This document shows positions 14,201 to 29,200 of a stretch of DNA of 64,000 nt, one piece after another. Source of the stretch: Squalus acanthias (Eukaryota); contig CM059432.1 in the NCBI GenBank assembly GCA_030390025.1, positions 131,690,001 through 131,754,000 on the forward strand. Direction: 5' to 3'. The position numbers were made by a program, and so were the translations under genes. Every line of letters begins with the position of its first letter. The stretch's first letter is position 1. A model generated the notes under the pieces. The model made no database searches. It was not told the DNA's origin and saw only the letters and a program-made list of their open reading frames with translations.

Positions 14201-17200
14201 GTGCTTTTGCAAATCTAATTCTACACTGTTTATTAGATTATTTGAAAGTATACCAGATTTGGACCATGTTTGTCAGTTATCTGCCTATCACAGGGTATTT
14301 ACCAGAGGAACATTTTCCATTGTTTGTATGTAGGGAGATAGAGGGGACCCAGGCCCAGGAGGACCACAAGGCCTGCATGGTTTTCCGGTAAGTTATCTTT
14401 TTTATTTTACAACTTAAAATATTGTGCTGGAACAACAGAAACTTTATCCATTACTTTATTAACAAATTTTCTAATCTGCATCCATTCTGTTAGATAGCTT
14501 CATGGAGGAATACTAAATGGATATTACCTTGTCAACAGTTACTTATCAAAAGATCTATTTTGTACGTTTGTTTACAGCCTTTTCAAATCACTGACTGCCC
14601 CATGCTCTCCTTCAGGTGATAGGGTGGGCTACCCTGGGAGCTAGATTTCTCCACAAGCAATGTCGGCATAAATTGCTCGGAGATTGGATGTACAACTCAA
14701 GCAGGGGGTGGATACTCTTTTTCTCTCCCTCTGATGTGCAAAAGGGCACTTTGTTTCAGTGTGCCTCATCCAGAATAGTAACAAAACTTAACCAACTGAG
14801 ACAAGTGAAGTTGTGACATTTGGCCCCTGCACGCAAAATTGGTGATTAAATGCTGACCTGCTTTATCTGCTGCACTGCTCCCATCTTCACAAGTATTCCT
14901 GTCCATACCACTCCTTATTCAGCTAATTGGTCATTTCACAATCACTTGATCCCTTCCCAGAGCCAGAAGAGGAAGATGTATCCCTATAAGGCCATTCTTT
15001 AGTAATTTCTGGCTTTTGTTTCTTCAGTTTTGTCCTCTTCTCTCTGCGCCTCTCCTAAAACTAGCAACTCTTAATGTTGACGTATGGATTCACAGGTACC
15101 GACTGGTCACTCTTGAGTACCCTGCCCAAGCAGTTGTACTTCATGTGTGAGCTTAGACAATGAGTGTTGGCAGGCTATTCAAATACAAGGGGATCACGGC
15201 CTGTACTTCCCTAATGTCCAAACATACACACATTCCAGCAGGGGTCACTGCTGAGGAGTAGGAACCCCTTCCATACAATCAGAGACTTTTGAGACCAATT
15301 ACAGTACTCCCACTACTGCCCCAGCTCAGATCAGCTAGCTCAGCAAGAACTAGCAATTGTGATTTTATGGCTTAGTACTGCACCAAATGGTGCGCTGACC
15401 TGCTTTGCCATTGGGGAGTGTAATTTCTGGTTTTAATTGAAATGAATTGCTTGTGCTGTTTTATTTATTTAGCCTAACAGGCCAAACCTGGTATAAATTG
15501 GAAATAAATTTGGTGCAATTCTGTAAAGTCATTTTTTGCCTTTTTCATTCCCTCCCTTTTTCCTCTGACTTCTTCCCTCCGCCGCCGCCCCCCCCCCCCA
15601 GTGCACAGTACCTCCCGCAGCATGTGGACAACCATGGACACAAGCCAATATCCTACAGCACCAATATTGTTGCTACTTCAAATTATGTGTCTTTTAATAA
15701 CTAAGTTTTTTTTAAAAAAACATACATTTCCTTAGTATTCCCAACAGTCATGAAATGGTCTGTGGCTGGTGTTATATTCATCTGTGCATTGTTATTAAAA
15801 CAAACACTTTTAAGATCACAAAAATCTCAAATATATATCATGGCTCTTTCTTGCAGTTCATGAATGACTGTCAACTTAATAGTTCATGTAGTATATAAAG
15901 TGGCATTGATGAATAAATAGAGTAATGTTCAAATACATATATGCACACTTCAATTGATTGACTGTACTTGGCCTTTTCAATATCATGAATGCACACTACA
16001 ACTGATTTTCCTTTTCTCATTTTTCTTTGTAGGCATTTGGTCTCCCAGGCTTTTTGGGCTTAATGGCTTTTTGTTGCTCTTAAAAATACTTGCGTTCTAA
16101 ATTCTTCTTTTCTTCAGTCATTTGGTGTTATCCATGTGTGACACTGAGACACCGGGTTTCAAAGCCTGAAGTATTTGGACCCTTAAAAACCCTGTGGTTT
16201 TCTCAACAGTCGACATGCGTACTCACAAACACTTTATCATCAAGTGTAAAATGTTATCCAACCGCACTAAAGTTAAGAATAATTAACAGGCTTATGTAAA
16301 AACAAAATGAAATGCAAGGAGTACATTCGAGGAATGTTAAGTAATTACTTGCATGTATTCCATGTATTTTTGTTGTTTGGCCCCCCAAAAATCTGTCTGA
16401 AAATAATCCCAATTAAAAAAACTCTCATCTGGTGCCCTATTTACTCATGAACAGACAAACAGCCACACCAGTGATACCCGAGAGAAGATGGGGGGAGGAG
16501 CAGGGGTGGAGGGATGGAGAGGGAGAGGGGAGAAGAGGGAGGTGGGAGAGTCATGACTTACGGTTGGTGTGAAAATAGATTCATGCAGAAATGTGAAGTT
16601 TTTTAAAAGTTTTTAAATTTGTAATTTTGTTGGAAATTAGGTATTATTTGAATGCAAAATAAAGGTTGATTACTGAAGTGCTTTTGCCCTCAACTTACAC
16701 CTTTTATGATTTTTGTGCTTACTTACAGGGGCCTAAAGGTGATGCAGGGGAACCTGGAATACCTGGAAAGCCAGGTGCTCAGGGAATGAAAGGCTTACCG
16801 GTGAGCAGATTTGCCACTGAAGCTACAATCATTATAAAACATCCCTTTTGCAAAATATATCTCATTTGTTGTATTTTTTCATCATAGGGTGCACAAGGTG
16901 ACCAAGGTCCCGATGGCCAGAAGGTAAGAATCTGCAATGGGAATACAAAAGAATTCTAACAGCCATATAGGCCTGCAATCAAACATGATAAATTGGCACC
17001 AAGTACAGGGTGCCACTTGCTGGTGCAAGAGACATGTTTCAAAGTATAGAAGAAGGCATCAGTCTGTACAAAAAGAAGGTGCACCTTCCATTGCAACAAC
17101 TACATGCTCTATTGCTTAGCAAGCTCTTTTCACAATCAGTAGCAATAAAATGGAAATGTCTTTTTCAGTGGTGAGGTACAGTGTGGGGTCAAAGTTGGAG

Positions 17201-20200
17201 GTCGTGGGAACCTCGAGGATATCTTCTCAAATCTCAGAGGAACCCCTCTCCCCTTAGATGCCAACTGCCCACTTTTGGAGTGGACACCAGTTTTTTTTCC
17301 AGCCACCCCCCCCCCCCAACCCCCAGCTCGCGCTGTTTGTACAATGGGCTAGCAATCAGCTGATTTCAGTTCGATGAAGTGGTGAAGTATGTTGCACACA
17401 CCAGCAACCACTCGCAGGTGATTAAATGTTTGGGACAGCACAGGGGAGACAGGCTGAGGGCGACTGGCTCACTGTGCCCTGGTCCTTACCCTTTGCTGTC
17501 AAGTTGAGCTGATCACTTGCAGTTTCACTGCTGAGCCATTGAAGTATAAATTTCCTCTTGACTTCCCAGTGCTTTACTGATCTGTTTCATTTTATTTATA
17601 AAACACAGGTGTCATGGCCAATAATCCTCCCTCAACTTACACCACTTAAAAAAAAATAGATTAACTGGTCATTCATCTCATTTGTTGTTTTTTTGGACTT
17701 TACTGTGCAGAGTTGGTTGTTGTCTTTGCCTACTGAATAACAGTGATTGGACTTCAAAAGTAATTCATTGGATGTAAAGTGCTTTGGGATGCCCTGAGGT
17801 TATGATGCTATATCAATACAAGTTCTTTCTTTACGTACTAGTTAGTAACAGTCAAACACAAGTTTAAGCAAGGTTAAACAAATCAACAGCAACATTCAAA
17901 GATTGTATAAACTAAAAGAACAGCTATTGTGGTGAGAGTCTTGATGAGGACTAAGATGAGGAAAATCACAAGGCTTATCAGTTCTAATTACAAATTAGGA
18001 AGGCCATTCAGCCCATTTAACTTATTTTTCCACCAAAATCATCTATCATAGCATCCAACTACCTCTTGAATGACCCTAGGGTTTTTGTCTCCACTACCAT
18101 TCCTGGAGGACTATTCCTGGTATTGATTGTTCTATTTTGCTAAAGAAGGGAGTTGAGGAGAACCTTTTTCACCCAGAGGGCGATGGGGGTCTGGAACTCA
18201 CTGCCTGAAGGGTGGTAGAGGCAGAGACCATCCTCACATTTAAAAATTACTTAGATATGCACTTGAAGTGGCATAACCTACAAGGCTACGGATCAAGAGC
18301 TGTAAATTGGGATTCGGCTAGATAGCTCTTTTTCGGCTGGCACAGACACAATGGGCTGAATGGCCTCCTTCTGTTCCATAAATTTCTATGATTCTATAAG
18401 GGCTTGCTGATACCAATCCTGCCCTTTAGAAGTTTGTATCTCTGTCCCATTATCCTGGATTAACTTTAAATAGTGCTCAGGATTAACCTTTTCTATTCTA
18501 CTTAGTGTTTTATATATGTCTGAGTCCTTCAAAAATGTCTGCTCTTTCACTAATAAGTCCCGCATCATCCACAATCTCATTGTGGAAGAGCTGTTGAGAT
18601 CCTACACATTACTGAGATTTGGCTTACTGATGGCAATTCTTTTCCCCCATTGAAGCATCCTCTGACTCCACCACATCTCACTGCAGCAATGACATGCTTA
18701 TCCTTTTCTATTCCCACCTTGGCTTATCTGCTTATTTCTACAGCTCTTTCTCTACTTTTAAACACTTCACTCTATCACCTCTCCTTTCAAAATCTTCCTT
18801 ATCTTTTGTCTACCTAAGTCCCCAGGCATTTTAATAATTAAAATCTCTTCCATCCTGTTTCCCTCGTACTTTGCACCAAGCGACTTCAGTAATTTGAACT
18901 TCCTTTTTAACTCGCTCTCTTCTACCTCCACTTCCTCATTTCATTCAACCTGATCCTTCACATATACATACACGCACACACATTGCCACCCTCTGAACCT
19001 CATCATTGCACAGGGCTGCAAGATCTCCTTTACTGATAGAACCATTTTCATCTATCCCTCCTTCTACACCTCTGCCCGATAGCTCGAATCCCTTCCACTT
19101 TCTGTCCTTGGAGGAAAAAAAACTACCCCAACTCAATCCTCTCACTAACACTCTCGAACTCTAATCTTTTTCTGGTCTGCAATGATATTGACACCTCTGT
19201 TGATCCATTATAATTGCCCCACCTCCACTTTTAAAAGCCTTGTCCCATTTAGATCTCTGAATGTCTCTTACCCCCATCACTCCCCTGGTACAACAGTCAT
19301 CTTTGTGGCCTCAGATTCACTAGTTGTAAGCTGAAATGTACCTGGCCTGTGGCAGTCCACTACTGGACTCGATTTGAATACAAGTTCTTCCTTTTACTGG
19401 CTAAATTCACCTACAACTCCAACATTATTTTGGAGTAGAAACAACCCTAATCTCTGATTCTCCACTACCAACCATCTCCTCTATTGGGGACTTGGCCTGG
19501 AGGGTGATGCACGCATCAGTTCCGTGCAATATGGTTTTAAGTCGGTTCACAGACTCCCAGGCCGCCTGCCTTTTCTGCGGCCTGGAGGAGTCCGTGTTGC
19601 ACGTATATATAGAATGTGAGAGGTTGCAGCCCCTCTTCCATTATCTGCTCCTGATCTTTGGTCACCCGGTGCAGAGGGGAGCGGGCAGATCGGAGGACCT
19701 CCTCATTGGACTGCTCCTGGGCCTGGCCAAAGTTGCCATTAACTGGTCCAGGCAGCGGGCGGTCAAGGGGGTCGTTCGGCCTGATTGCCTGCCTCTCTTC
19801 CGCGGCCACGTTCGCGCCCGGGTGGCCCTGGAGATGGAGCACGCAGTGTCCGCCGGCTCGCTTGAGGCCTTCCGCGACCGGTGGGCGCCGCGGGGACTGG
19901 AGTGCATCATCACCCCGGTCAATGAAATTTTAATTTAATTTGTGAAGGCTCTTTTAAAGTTTTATTAGTTACAGTTTATTTGTTTTAGTGCACCAATCAA
20001 AAAAGTACACACCTATGTCTGGCCATTAGATTTGGCAGACGACTCCCTGCCAAGCTTCAGCCAATGCTATCGTGTAACCAGGTACTAGGAAGTGCTCAAG
20101 AATGGTTGGGATGAGGTGGACTACTCACCAACTTGTTCCCTCTCCCAACTCTTGGGAAACAACTCGACTGCACTGTATGGCTGGAACTGGAAGTGCATTC

Positions 20201-23200
20201 GATGAGGAATCAGGGACGTGAACCTGAATTCTACCAGCGTGCTAGTTATGTGTTGCACCACTGGAAGCCTTTGGTATAGTTTTTAATATTCCTGCAATCT
20301 GGTATGAATGAACATTTGGTTTTTTTTTGTGAGCGTATGGAATTGCTAATTTTACAATTCAAATCTTTTATTAGGGTGAAACTGGAAGAACCGGGTTTGA
20401 AGGCAAAACAGGAGCTAAGGTATTTCATACACAGTGGATATTAAATCAACAAATTAAGCTTGAAAGTTTGCAGATTTATACATACTTAATTTCTTCTTTC
20501 TCTCTATAGGGCAACAATGGTGATATAGGTGACAAAGGAGAGGTTTGTAATTGTTAATTTTTCAAGATATATCCTGTTTAGGTACAAGCCAGAAGCATTA
20601 AACATGGCAGATAGAAAAGCTTATAGCATAAGAGTATTTGCTTTGTGGCACTGGTAATTTCTTCAATTCAATAGGCATTCATAGTTTTCCCGTGAGACCT
20701 TTCTGTAGTAAAATGTTGTTTGTTATTGTATCATCAATGCCATTAAATCACAAACGGGCTGATGGAGTGAAGAGACAGACATTATATTAGCGTTGGATAA
20801 GGCAAAATTAGATTAACTTTGACAGAGCACAAGAAATGTATTGTCAAGAGCAGATAATGGGAAGAGCACATTGGAAGACTGAGCTGTGCTCCCCCAATGA
20901 CTCAGTTGGCAAATGGCGTGCCCAATGCGGAATTGAGCTATACTGACTGGGATGCTCTGAAGTTTAATCCCTGGTCTGTGTCGTTAGCTGATCACAGCTG
21001 GAAAAGTGGTAGCGCTGATACAATTATCCTGTAGGTTAGGGAGGGGAAGATCATCTAGGATTTCTGCTCCTATCACAAGAAATTTACAGATGCCATTTGG
21101 TCCATCTCAGTTCACACATCCAGAATGACACTAGATTCCCAATTGCAACAATTCTTGAACAATTCCAGGGTTTTCGGCTCCACTCTGGAATTCCATTCCA
21201 TGTATTGATCACTCTGTGTGAAGAACTTCATGATATCTGTCCTAAATTTGCTCTTTACTACCATGAACCTGTGGCCTTGTTCTACTCCCACAATTTAGTT
21301 TAAATTAATTTTTCAAATTTATCTTTTCCATATTGTTTATTATCTTGTATACCTCAAAAATATCCTTTGGAGCCTCCTTTCAAGACTGAGAAGCTCAAAC
21401 TTTCCAGTCTTTCCTCATAACACTGACCTCTAACATTAGGGATCAGTCTTTTGGCTCTTTGCTGCATGTTTCCAATGCTTAAATGCTTTCCTTGTGCCTT
21501 GGTTACCAGCACTGGCCACAGTACTCAGGATGTGGTCAAACCAGAGCACTATATAGTTTGATCATGACTTCTATTCTACTATTTTGGCTATATAGTTGAA
21601 TGTTCTATTGATGATTGCTGAGCATCGAGTCTATGAAGACTCTGGGTCACTTTCAACATCATCCTTAGCTATTTCAACACCATTCATGGAGTACATATAT
21701 CACCCATTTTTCCTTCAGTACTTTAGTGCAGTATTTTTCCATTTGTTTGAATTAAATTTCATCTGCCATCACTTACATATTTTGTCCAACTTATTATTAG
21801 CACCTACCCAACAGTTACTGTGCTGACACTACCTGATTTTGCAGGGTCCCCCTTCATTTGTGTAGTGTGGATGAATTCTTGACCCATAATTGGTCTAATA
21901 TTGGGAACTCAACAGGGGGAGGGACAATCATGTGTAAAAACCCTTATAGGGCTGCTTACAAGCAGCAATTGGTAAATTTCAATTTAAAAAGAAATTGCTA
22001 CTTAAAGGTAAATGGTCACATATGGAGTTAAAAATGTTGGTAGCCTGTACAGAGATGGTTAATATTTTATTGTAGATTTCAACCTTTGCAAAGGTTGCTC
22101 GGGGAAAACCATCACCTTCTCAAGGGCAGTTAGGGATGGGCAATAAATGCTGGCCTTGCCAGTGACGCCCACATCCCAGGAACGAATAATTTAAAAAAAC
22201 CTAGCGGCTGGCCAAATAAGGTGGAAGCTGAAAACCGAGCATTTGGCCAAGTTATGGAGTATCATAACACTTCGACCTGCTGTTTGGCTTGCTGGATCTT
22301 TGAAAGAGCTATCTATCCACTTAGCCTGATTTCCCCCTGCCCTTCACCATGTCCTTTAAAAAATGTTCAAATATTTATCCACTTCCCTTTTAAAAGTTAT
22401 TATGGATTCTGCTTCCACCACTGATTCAAGTAGACATGCCATGTCCGAGCCATCATCTGCATAAGGAGAAATTCTCTAGCTACTTCTTTCATTCTTTTGC
22501 TGACCATCTGAACTTTATGCCATCTAGTTACTGACTCACTGACCAGAGGAAATACTTCCCCCCAGTTCTCACCAAAAAAAGTGGATTTCCATTGGGAAAC
22601 CCATTGGTTCACTCTCATGGACATACTATAGCACTGGCAGTGCAAGATCACAAAGCCTCCTGACTAACTAAGTGGATACAAGGAGGGTAAGGAAAAAAAG
22701 TTCAAAAATAGCCTCAAAATTCTGCTATGAATCTCACTATAGTGCTTTTAAAATGCACTTCCATAAATAGTACATCCTAAAAGTCTGGATGCCCATTTTA
22801 TGTGGGAAGATGGAATTTTAGCTCTGTAATGGCATAAGTGTCAAGATATTGTATCGAAGTCAACATCTCGTCATTGGGCCTAATTTTCACATAATTAATT
22901 CTAAACTGGCAGGCATTTCTGGCACATGTACAAACCCCAACCAGAAAATTAGATGGGGTTGCTAAATGAGTAGAAATCTGAGTAACTGATCTAATTTTTC
23001 TGATTGGGCCGGATGTTCCGACCCACACGCGGTGTGTACGCACCTGTAGGGGCCTCGCAAGTGCCGGTTTCAGGCATGCTAAAACCTGGCACTTGCGATC
23101 TGCCCAGGAAAAGGGCCTCCGTGGGTAGGGAGTTGCGTAAGGCCTGCTTTTACCAGCATAAGAGTTTAAAAAAATAAAACATTTTCAAATACTTTTATAA

Positions 23201-26200
23201 AAGGTAAGTTTATTTTTAGCCCCGTAAAAAACTTTAATTCTTTTTTTCAAAAAATCAAATTTTTGTTTAAAATATGTAATTTTAACTAATTTTAAATACG
23301 TGATGTTTAAAAAAAAAATTATTTAATGTTTAACTGTTTTTAAGTGATCTCCATTCATACTTTTGACAGATCCGTGCGTAGAGACCTGTCAAAAGTGTGA
23401 AGGGGGATTCCCTTCTTTGATTGGTTCCCCATGGCCCACATGATCCCAGGGACGCTTGCGAACCACATACGCCCCTGGGATACCTGGGCCTCTGTGCATT
23501 TCGTGGAGCAGAGGCCCAGGATCGTGAGTCTCAGGACCTACGGAGCCAGCAGGTAAGTGTGTAGATTTTTTCCGATCGGAGGCATCCGCACGCAGGAAGC
23601 CTCTGATCGGAAATTCAGGGCCAATGTTTACACCCATTATTAGGGCATATTGGAATGGAAAATCTAACCTATTGTGTTCAGTTACAAGATAATTGAATTG
23701 CATGGTAACTGAATTGGGACATGGAAATTGTTATAGTTGAAACACAGTTTCACTGTATTTGAAATTCCTGTAAGTAGAATCCAGTCAATCCATTGAAAGA
23801 GGATGGCAGTTGACACCAAAATAATATCTTCCAAAGCTATAAAAGCAAGAGGATAGTCAGGAAGAAGTTAAAGCCCTAAGGGACCCATATAGAGTTGAAC
23901 ATGGGGCTGTACATGAAATAGTTAACAAGCCTAATAACTACTTTGGAGTTTTCTTTTAACCAGGGAGGATTCTAACAATATACATCAATCACATATCATG
24001 TTTGCTCTGTGGCTTTTAGATAGGTTGATGGGACTGCTAACCAATGAATCTTCCCAGAATAATTAACTAATCCCCAGGATACTTTAAAAAGACAAGGGAG
24101 GCTATGTGGGTAGTAGTGAGGTCAGTTTGTGGGAGTCAGTGAATACGGGGCTAATGTTCAGACCGATTAGAAACAACAAAATGCCAAATGTAGTTCCCTT
24201 ATTTAAGTAGGCCCATAGAGCCGTCTCTTGTATCTATGGATCTTCGAATCAACCTCAATTTATAAGAAAACTAATGGAATCAATAACCAGAAACAAATTG
24301 AAAGGAAAGAAAGACACGCCTTTCACAACCACCAGACATCCCAAAGCGCTTTACAGCCAATGAAGTACTTTTTTGAAGTGTAGTCACTGTTGTAATGTAG
24401 GAAACGCGGCAGCCAATTTGCGCTCAGCAAGCTCCCACAAACAGCAATGTGATAATGACTAGATAATCTGTTTTTGTTATGTTGATTGAGGGATAAATAT
24501 TGGCCAGGACACCGTGGATAACTCCCCTGCTCTTCTTCAAAATAGTGCAATGGGATCTTTTGAGTCCACCTAAGAGAGCAGACGGGGCCTCGGTTTAACG
24601 TCTCATCCGAAAGACGGCACCTCCGACAGTGCAGCACTCCCTCAGCACTGCACTGGAGTGTCAGCCTAGATTTTTGTGCTCAAGTCTCTGGAGTGGGACT
24701 TGAACCGACAACCTTCTGACTCAGAGGCGAGAGTGCTACCCACTGAGCCACTGGCTGACAGGCATTGGAAAAGCATCTATATGAAATTATCGTATTAAAG
24801 GACAATCAACTTTAGAATTTGCTTGACCAACTTCATAAATCTATTTGACAAAGTGACAGATTGACAGAGATATATTGTACCCAGACTTCCAAAAGGCCTT
24901 TGATAAAATACCGCAGGAAGACTATTATTACAAACCAGTGCACTTGCCTTTTGTCTGATTCAGAGTTACAGCAACACTGAATAATAAGCATATCTTTCAT
25001 AGTTGAATGCATGTCCAGTGGTTGGTGTGCACGCTTTAAGTAGTTAAATTGTTGTAAATTTTGTTTAATATTTGTTTTTAATTTAGCTTGGACAACGTGG
25101 CCCTCCAGGAGATGTTGGAATAGAAGGTAGACGAGGCGTGCCTGGAATCCCTGGACCGCGTGGCTTTCCAGGGCCGATAGGAGAGACTGGTGAATCTGGG
25201 CCGAGAGGAGAACCAGGACCTGTAGGAGCACATGTACGTTCAAACTAATCTCAAAATAACTTTAAAAAAGGAAACAGCCACTCTTAATCTGTGTTTTTCA
25301 GAGAATAATGTTCAACTGTTCCAAGGTTTTCCTTCCCTGTTCGTTTTCCAATAGTGTAACAATCCTCTTAATCATATTTAACATAAGTAAAAGAGCTGCC
25401 TATACACACCATCTCAATCAGTTGTCTAGCCTGTCCTAAATTTAACAAGATAAAGACTATCATATTTCAGGTAACTCTTCTCATTTGTCAGAGTCTATTT
25501 TTATAATTTTACATGAAGATTTATTTTAGATTTTACTTTAACAGTTGCTTTTTTTTTGGGCCACTATCACCACACCCTAGGGTACTATAGCATATGGTCA
25601 AAGCTAAGCGGATATCAAAAAGTCCTAATTTATGTATCATTCAGACTTTTTGCCATTCGTTTAGATGCGATTCAATAATGGTATGAGGATATTTTCTTTG
25701 CCTTATGTGTAGTACAGACATACTTATATTTTATTAGATAACATATATAAAAGTGATAAATTCTTAGTCTATCAGTCAAATGTTAACGAAGAGGGTCATA
25801 AAATGGTCAGGACCTGTGTGTGGCTAAGTCACATTGGCACAGGAGATCCCCTTAACAGAAATGGCTCTTGCTCTCGGAGGAGCAGAGAACCATCTCAACG
25901 AGGCGAGGAACATCTCCTTTTTGCAATTCGACACAAATGTTGCACACCCTTGATTTCACTCAAATCTTCCTTCAAGGTTGGTTTTCTGGGCTCCTGTAGG
26001 GCAGCATCGCTGCCGGTGGCAAATATACAAATGTTGCCATCATGATCCTGGGTGCCATCTTTCTGGCCACTCATACAGGCCAGGGATGATGGCCACTGGG
26101 GAAGGTCAACAGCCGGAAATGAAGGTCATGATTTGGCATTCAAACAGCTGGAAATAGACAAGATGCTCTCACTCCATTAGCTGCACTCCTAAGTATACAG

Positions 26201-29200
26201 GAGCTGAGGCTTGGGGAGTTGATGGCATGGAAATGTGGACCTATGAATGTGCTATTGGCTTAAGGTCAGCAGGGAGTCACTCTCACATTTTTGCAACATA
26301 CCGTAGAGGCCAGCACACCCATAGAGACCCGCTCCCGATAGGCATTGCAAAAACATAAGACGATCTGATGTTCAAGCACAAAAGTAAAAGTACCTTATCC
26401 TTCAACTTCCTCTGAAACAAAACACCAGCCCACTGACATCTGTGGAGAAACCATTCACAACACATTAATTCTAAGGAGATGCTACACAAAGTATAGATGA
26501 GACATAACAGGCTAAATACTTAAAATTGAAAGTACGTCTCCTTACACTGATATTTCTTTCTTTTTAATGTTCTTTGTATTTCTCTTTAATGTAGAATATT
26601 TAATATTTAGTCCTAGAAATCTACAATAATTTTTTTAATGTATTGGAAAAGATATTTATTTTCAATGCTGCAAAGGATATTTTGTAATCAGATACTTAAT
26701 AGAAAACAAATCATTCAGATTTATCTTAGTAATCCTCTTCAGGTAAATTATCAATCATATTTTCTGGTATTGCATTGCCTGTAACAAAAACATAATTGTT
26801 TTGAAAACAGAAGCATTGTAAAGTTTTTAAAGGTGCAATCTGTTCATTTACAGCTACGTAGTCCATTAAAAGGATGACAACTGTCTTAAACAATTTAAAA
26901 TAATTTATTTGTGTTTCTGCTAGGGTCCAGGAATGCCCGATGAACAAGTATATGAATTGTGCAAAAGTGTAGTGAATGAACAAATAGCAATCTATGCATC
27001 TGCAATCAGGCGGACATGTGCAAGGGCATGTCCAACCAACAATGTAACATTGATAGGGCCTCCTGGTCCTCCTGGATTGCCAGGGAAACGAGGAGAACCA
27101 GTAAGTTACTCGCTACTATATAGAACACCGACCAAAATTAGAATTTTGTTATGTAAGTTTTTTTGTATGTATGTATTATCACTCTCATTTTTGTTTGTTC
27201 ATCATTGAATTCTGGAATACCAATGAGGAATCGCCTAACAGTAATAGTGGGGAAAAAAGCGCGAAACGTTCGGGTTGGGTGCCGATTTAGTGCGATATCG
27301 GTGTGGTGCCTGCCCAACGGAGCGGGAGGCTCAAACCACTTTCACAAATATAATATACTTTTCTATTCGTTCTTGGGATCTGGGCATCGCTGGCAAGGCC
27401 GGCATTTATTGCCCATCCCTAGTTGCCCTTGCGAAGGTGGTGGCTGACCTACTGCATTTTCCAAGTGTTATATCCCTTTTAGGTATGCAGTTTAAGAAAG
27501 TCAAGTTTCATTTTCTTATGAATGGAAGCGTATGAATTAAGCATAGCAGGGGCCATTTTCTTTAAACCATGGAAGGGTAGATTTCCTTCTTTAAGGCACC
27601 TGGAAAATTGGTGTTGCACAGGCACAGAGAAGAGGAAAAAGTGGTGGAAACCCATTACATCAGGTCTCCTCCCTTGTGCCACAATAGATTTTGTAGGATA
27701 TTGCCAGTGGGTGGAACTGGGCCTGTGCCTGTATACATGTAGGTCCAGCATTAGTATTTTAATACCATAAAGACTCTTGGGCACGCCACTGGAGGGGCAG
27801 CTGAAGAATCCTGATACACCAGGTCTGGGCCAGGACCCCCATGGACTGGAGGGCCTGCGGGGAACCTGGTGGAGCTCGAAGATTAAGGAGGCAGGTTAGC
27901 GTTTTTAAGTTGAATCCCTCCACCACATGGCCAAGGACCATCTAAAGGCCCCGGGACCTTCTGGCTGTTGCTCTTGGAGGCCCTGATTGCAACAGCTGCA
28001 TTCATGTTTCCTGCCTTCAAAAGTTATTTTTAAGAATATAGTTATATTAAAGACTTTAAAAAAATAAAATAATTTCTTAACAGGGTGAAGCTGGTAATGC
28101 AGGATTTACTGGTGAACCTGGGCCAAGAGGTAGAGCTGGATTACCTGGATCAATAGGTGCTCTGGAGAGAGAGGTAATCTTTAGTCGTATCTATGTTAGA
28201 GCTTCATTTAGAACTTTTCTATACAGAACCATCTTTGGGGATAGTTTTTGCTGATTTTTAACTACGATTCTGCTGTATTTTAGGAGATAAAGGTGAAAAA
28301 GGTGTAATAGGAGCTCAAGGGGTTGGACTTCCTGGAACGGATGGACTACAAGGACCGAGAGGTTCACTGTCTTACATTTCATTGTGTTTTAATGATGAGT
28401 AATGGTGTGCCTGGGAGTTTGAATCAATCCTAGTTTTCCACTAGTTCAGACAAATTGTGGCAAAACCAAGTGCCGGGCTCTGTGCCCCAATCTGAATCAG
28501 ATTTAAAGGAGTATTGTCTTCATGCAAAAGACTGGCAATTCTATTGTCATTTCGGCAGGGAGACAAGCCAGAAGATGTTTGCAATATTTTCATGACAAAC
28601 ACATGTGCACGTGATGCAATGATCCTTATCAATCCAATGTGTGTCATTATATTGTGTGTTTGTAAAAAATAAATTGATAAAAAAGCTTACCCAAGCAGGA
28701 GATGGTGTCCCTTTAACACAATCTAACAATGCAGTTACACATATTCCCGCCAATAAGGAAGGATTCTCCCTCTACCTGGCATGAGTGCAAACTTCTTTCA
28801 GGCACAAATCTATTATTTTTGATTTTGAACAGCTGCTATATTTTAATGTAATACAAAATAAACATGAATGCAGAAGTGGAGCTGTAGCCTCATTTTCAGA
28901 TATAATTTTGTCTTTTATGCCTGGGAAGAATGGGTGCAGGGAGCAACTAAAATGAAGCCTCAGACAGCCCTCGATCTGATTTAAAGAGTGGGGGGGGGAA
29001 TAAACCTTTTTGGTAGGATTTTTTTTTCTGGTTGACTCGACTTCTAAAAAGAAAGACTATTGAAGTGTAGTCACTGCTGTAATGTAGAAACACGGCAGCC
29101 AATTTGCACACAGCAAGCTCCCACAAACAGCAATGTGATAATGACCAGATCATCTGTTTTAGTGATGTTGATTGAGGGATAAATGTTGGCCAGGACACCG

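Noticed and set aside
14616..14645. Possible collagen-like exon after ccttcag
   Set aside because: No sustained Gly-X-Y register and no matching donor.
16033..16083. Extra collagen exon ([11 protein letters not shown]) after a strong polypyrimidine acceptor
   Set aside because: Only three triplets, no suitable donor, in-frame stop; the collagen IX exon series is already complete without it.
24833..25243. 136-aa minus-strand ORF
   Set aside because: Antisense shadow of the 147-bp collagen exon plus intron; most other short ORFs in the track are likewise antisense to TEs or random.
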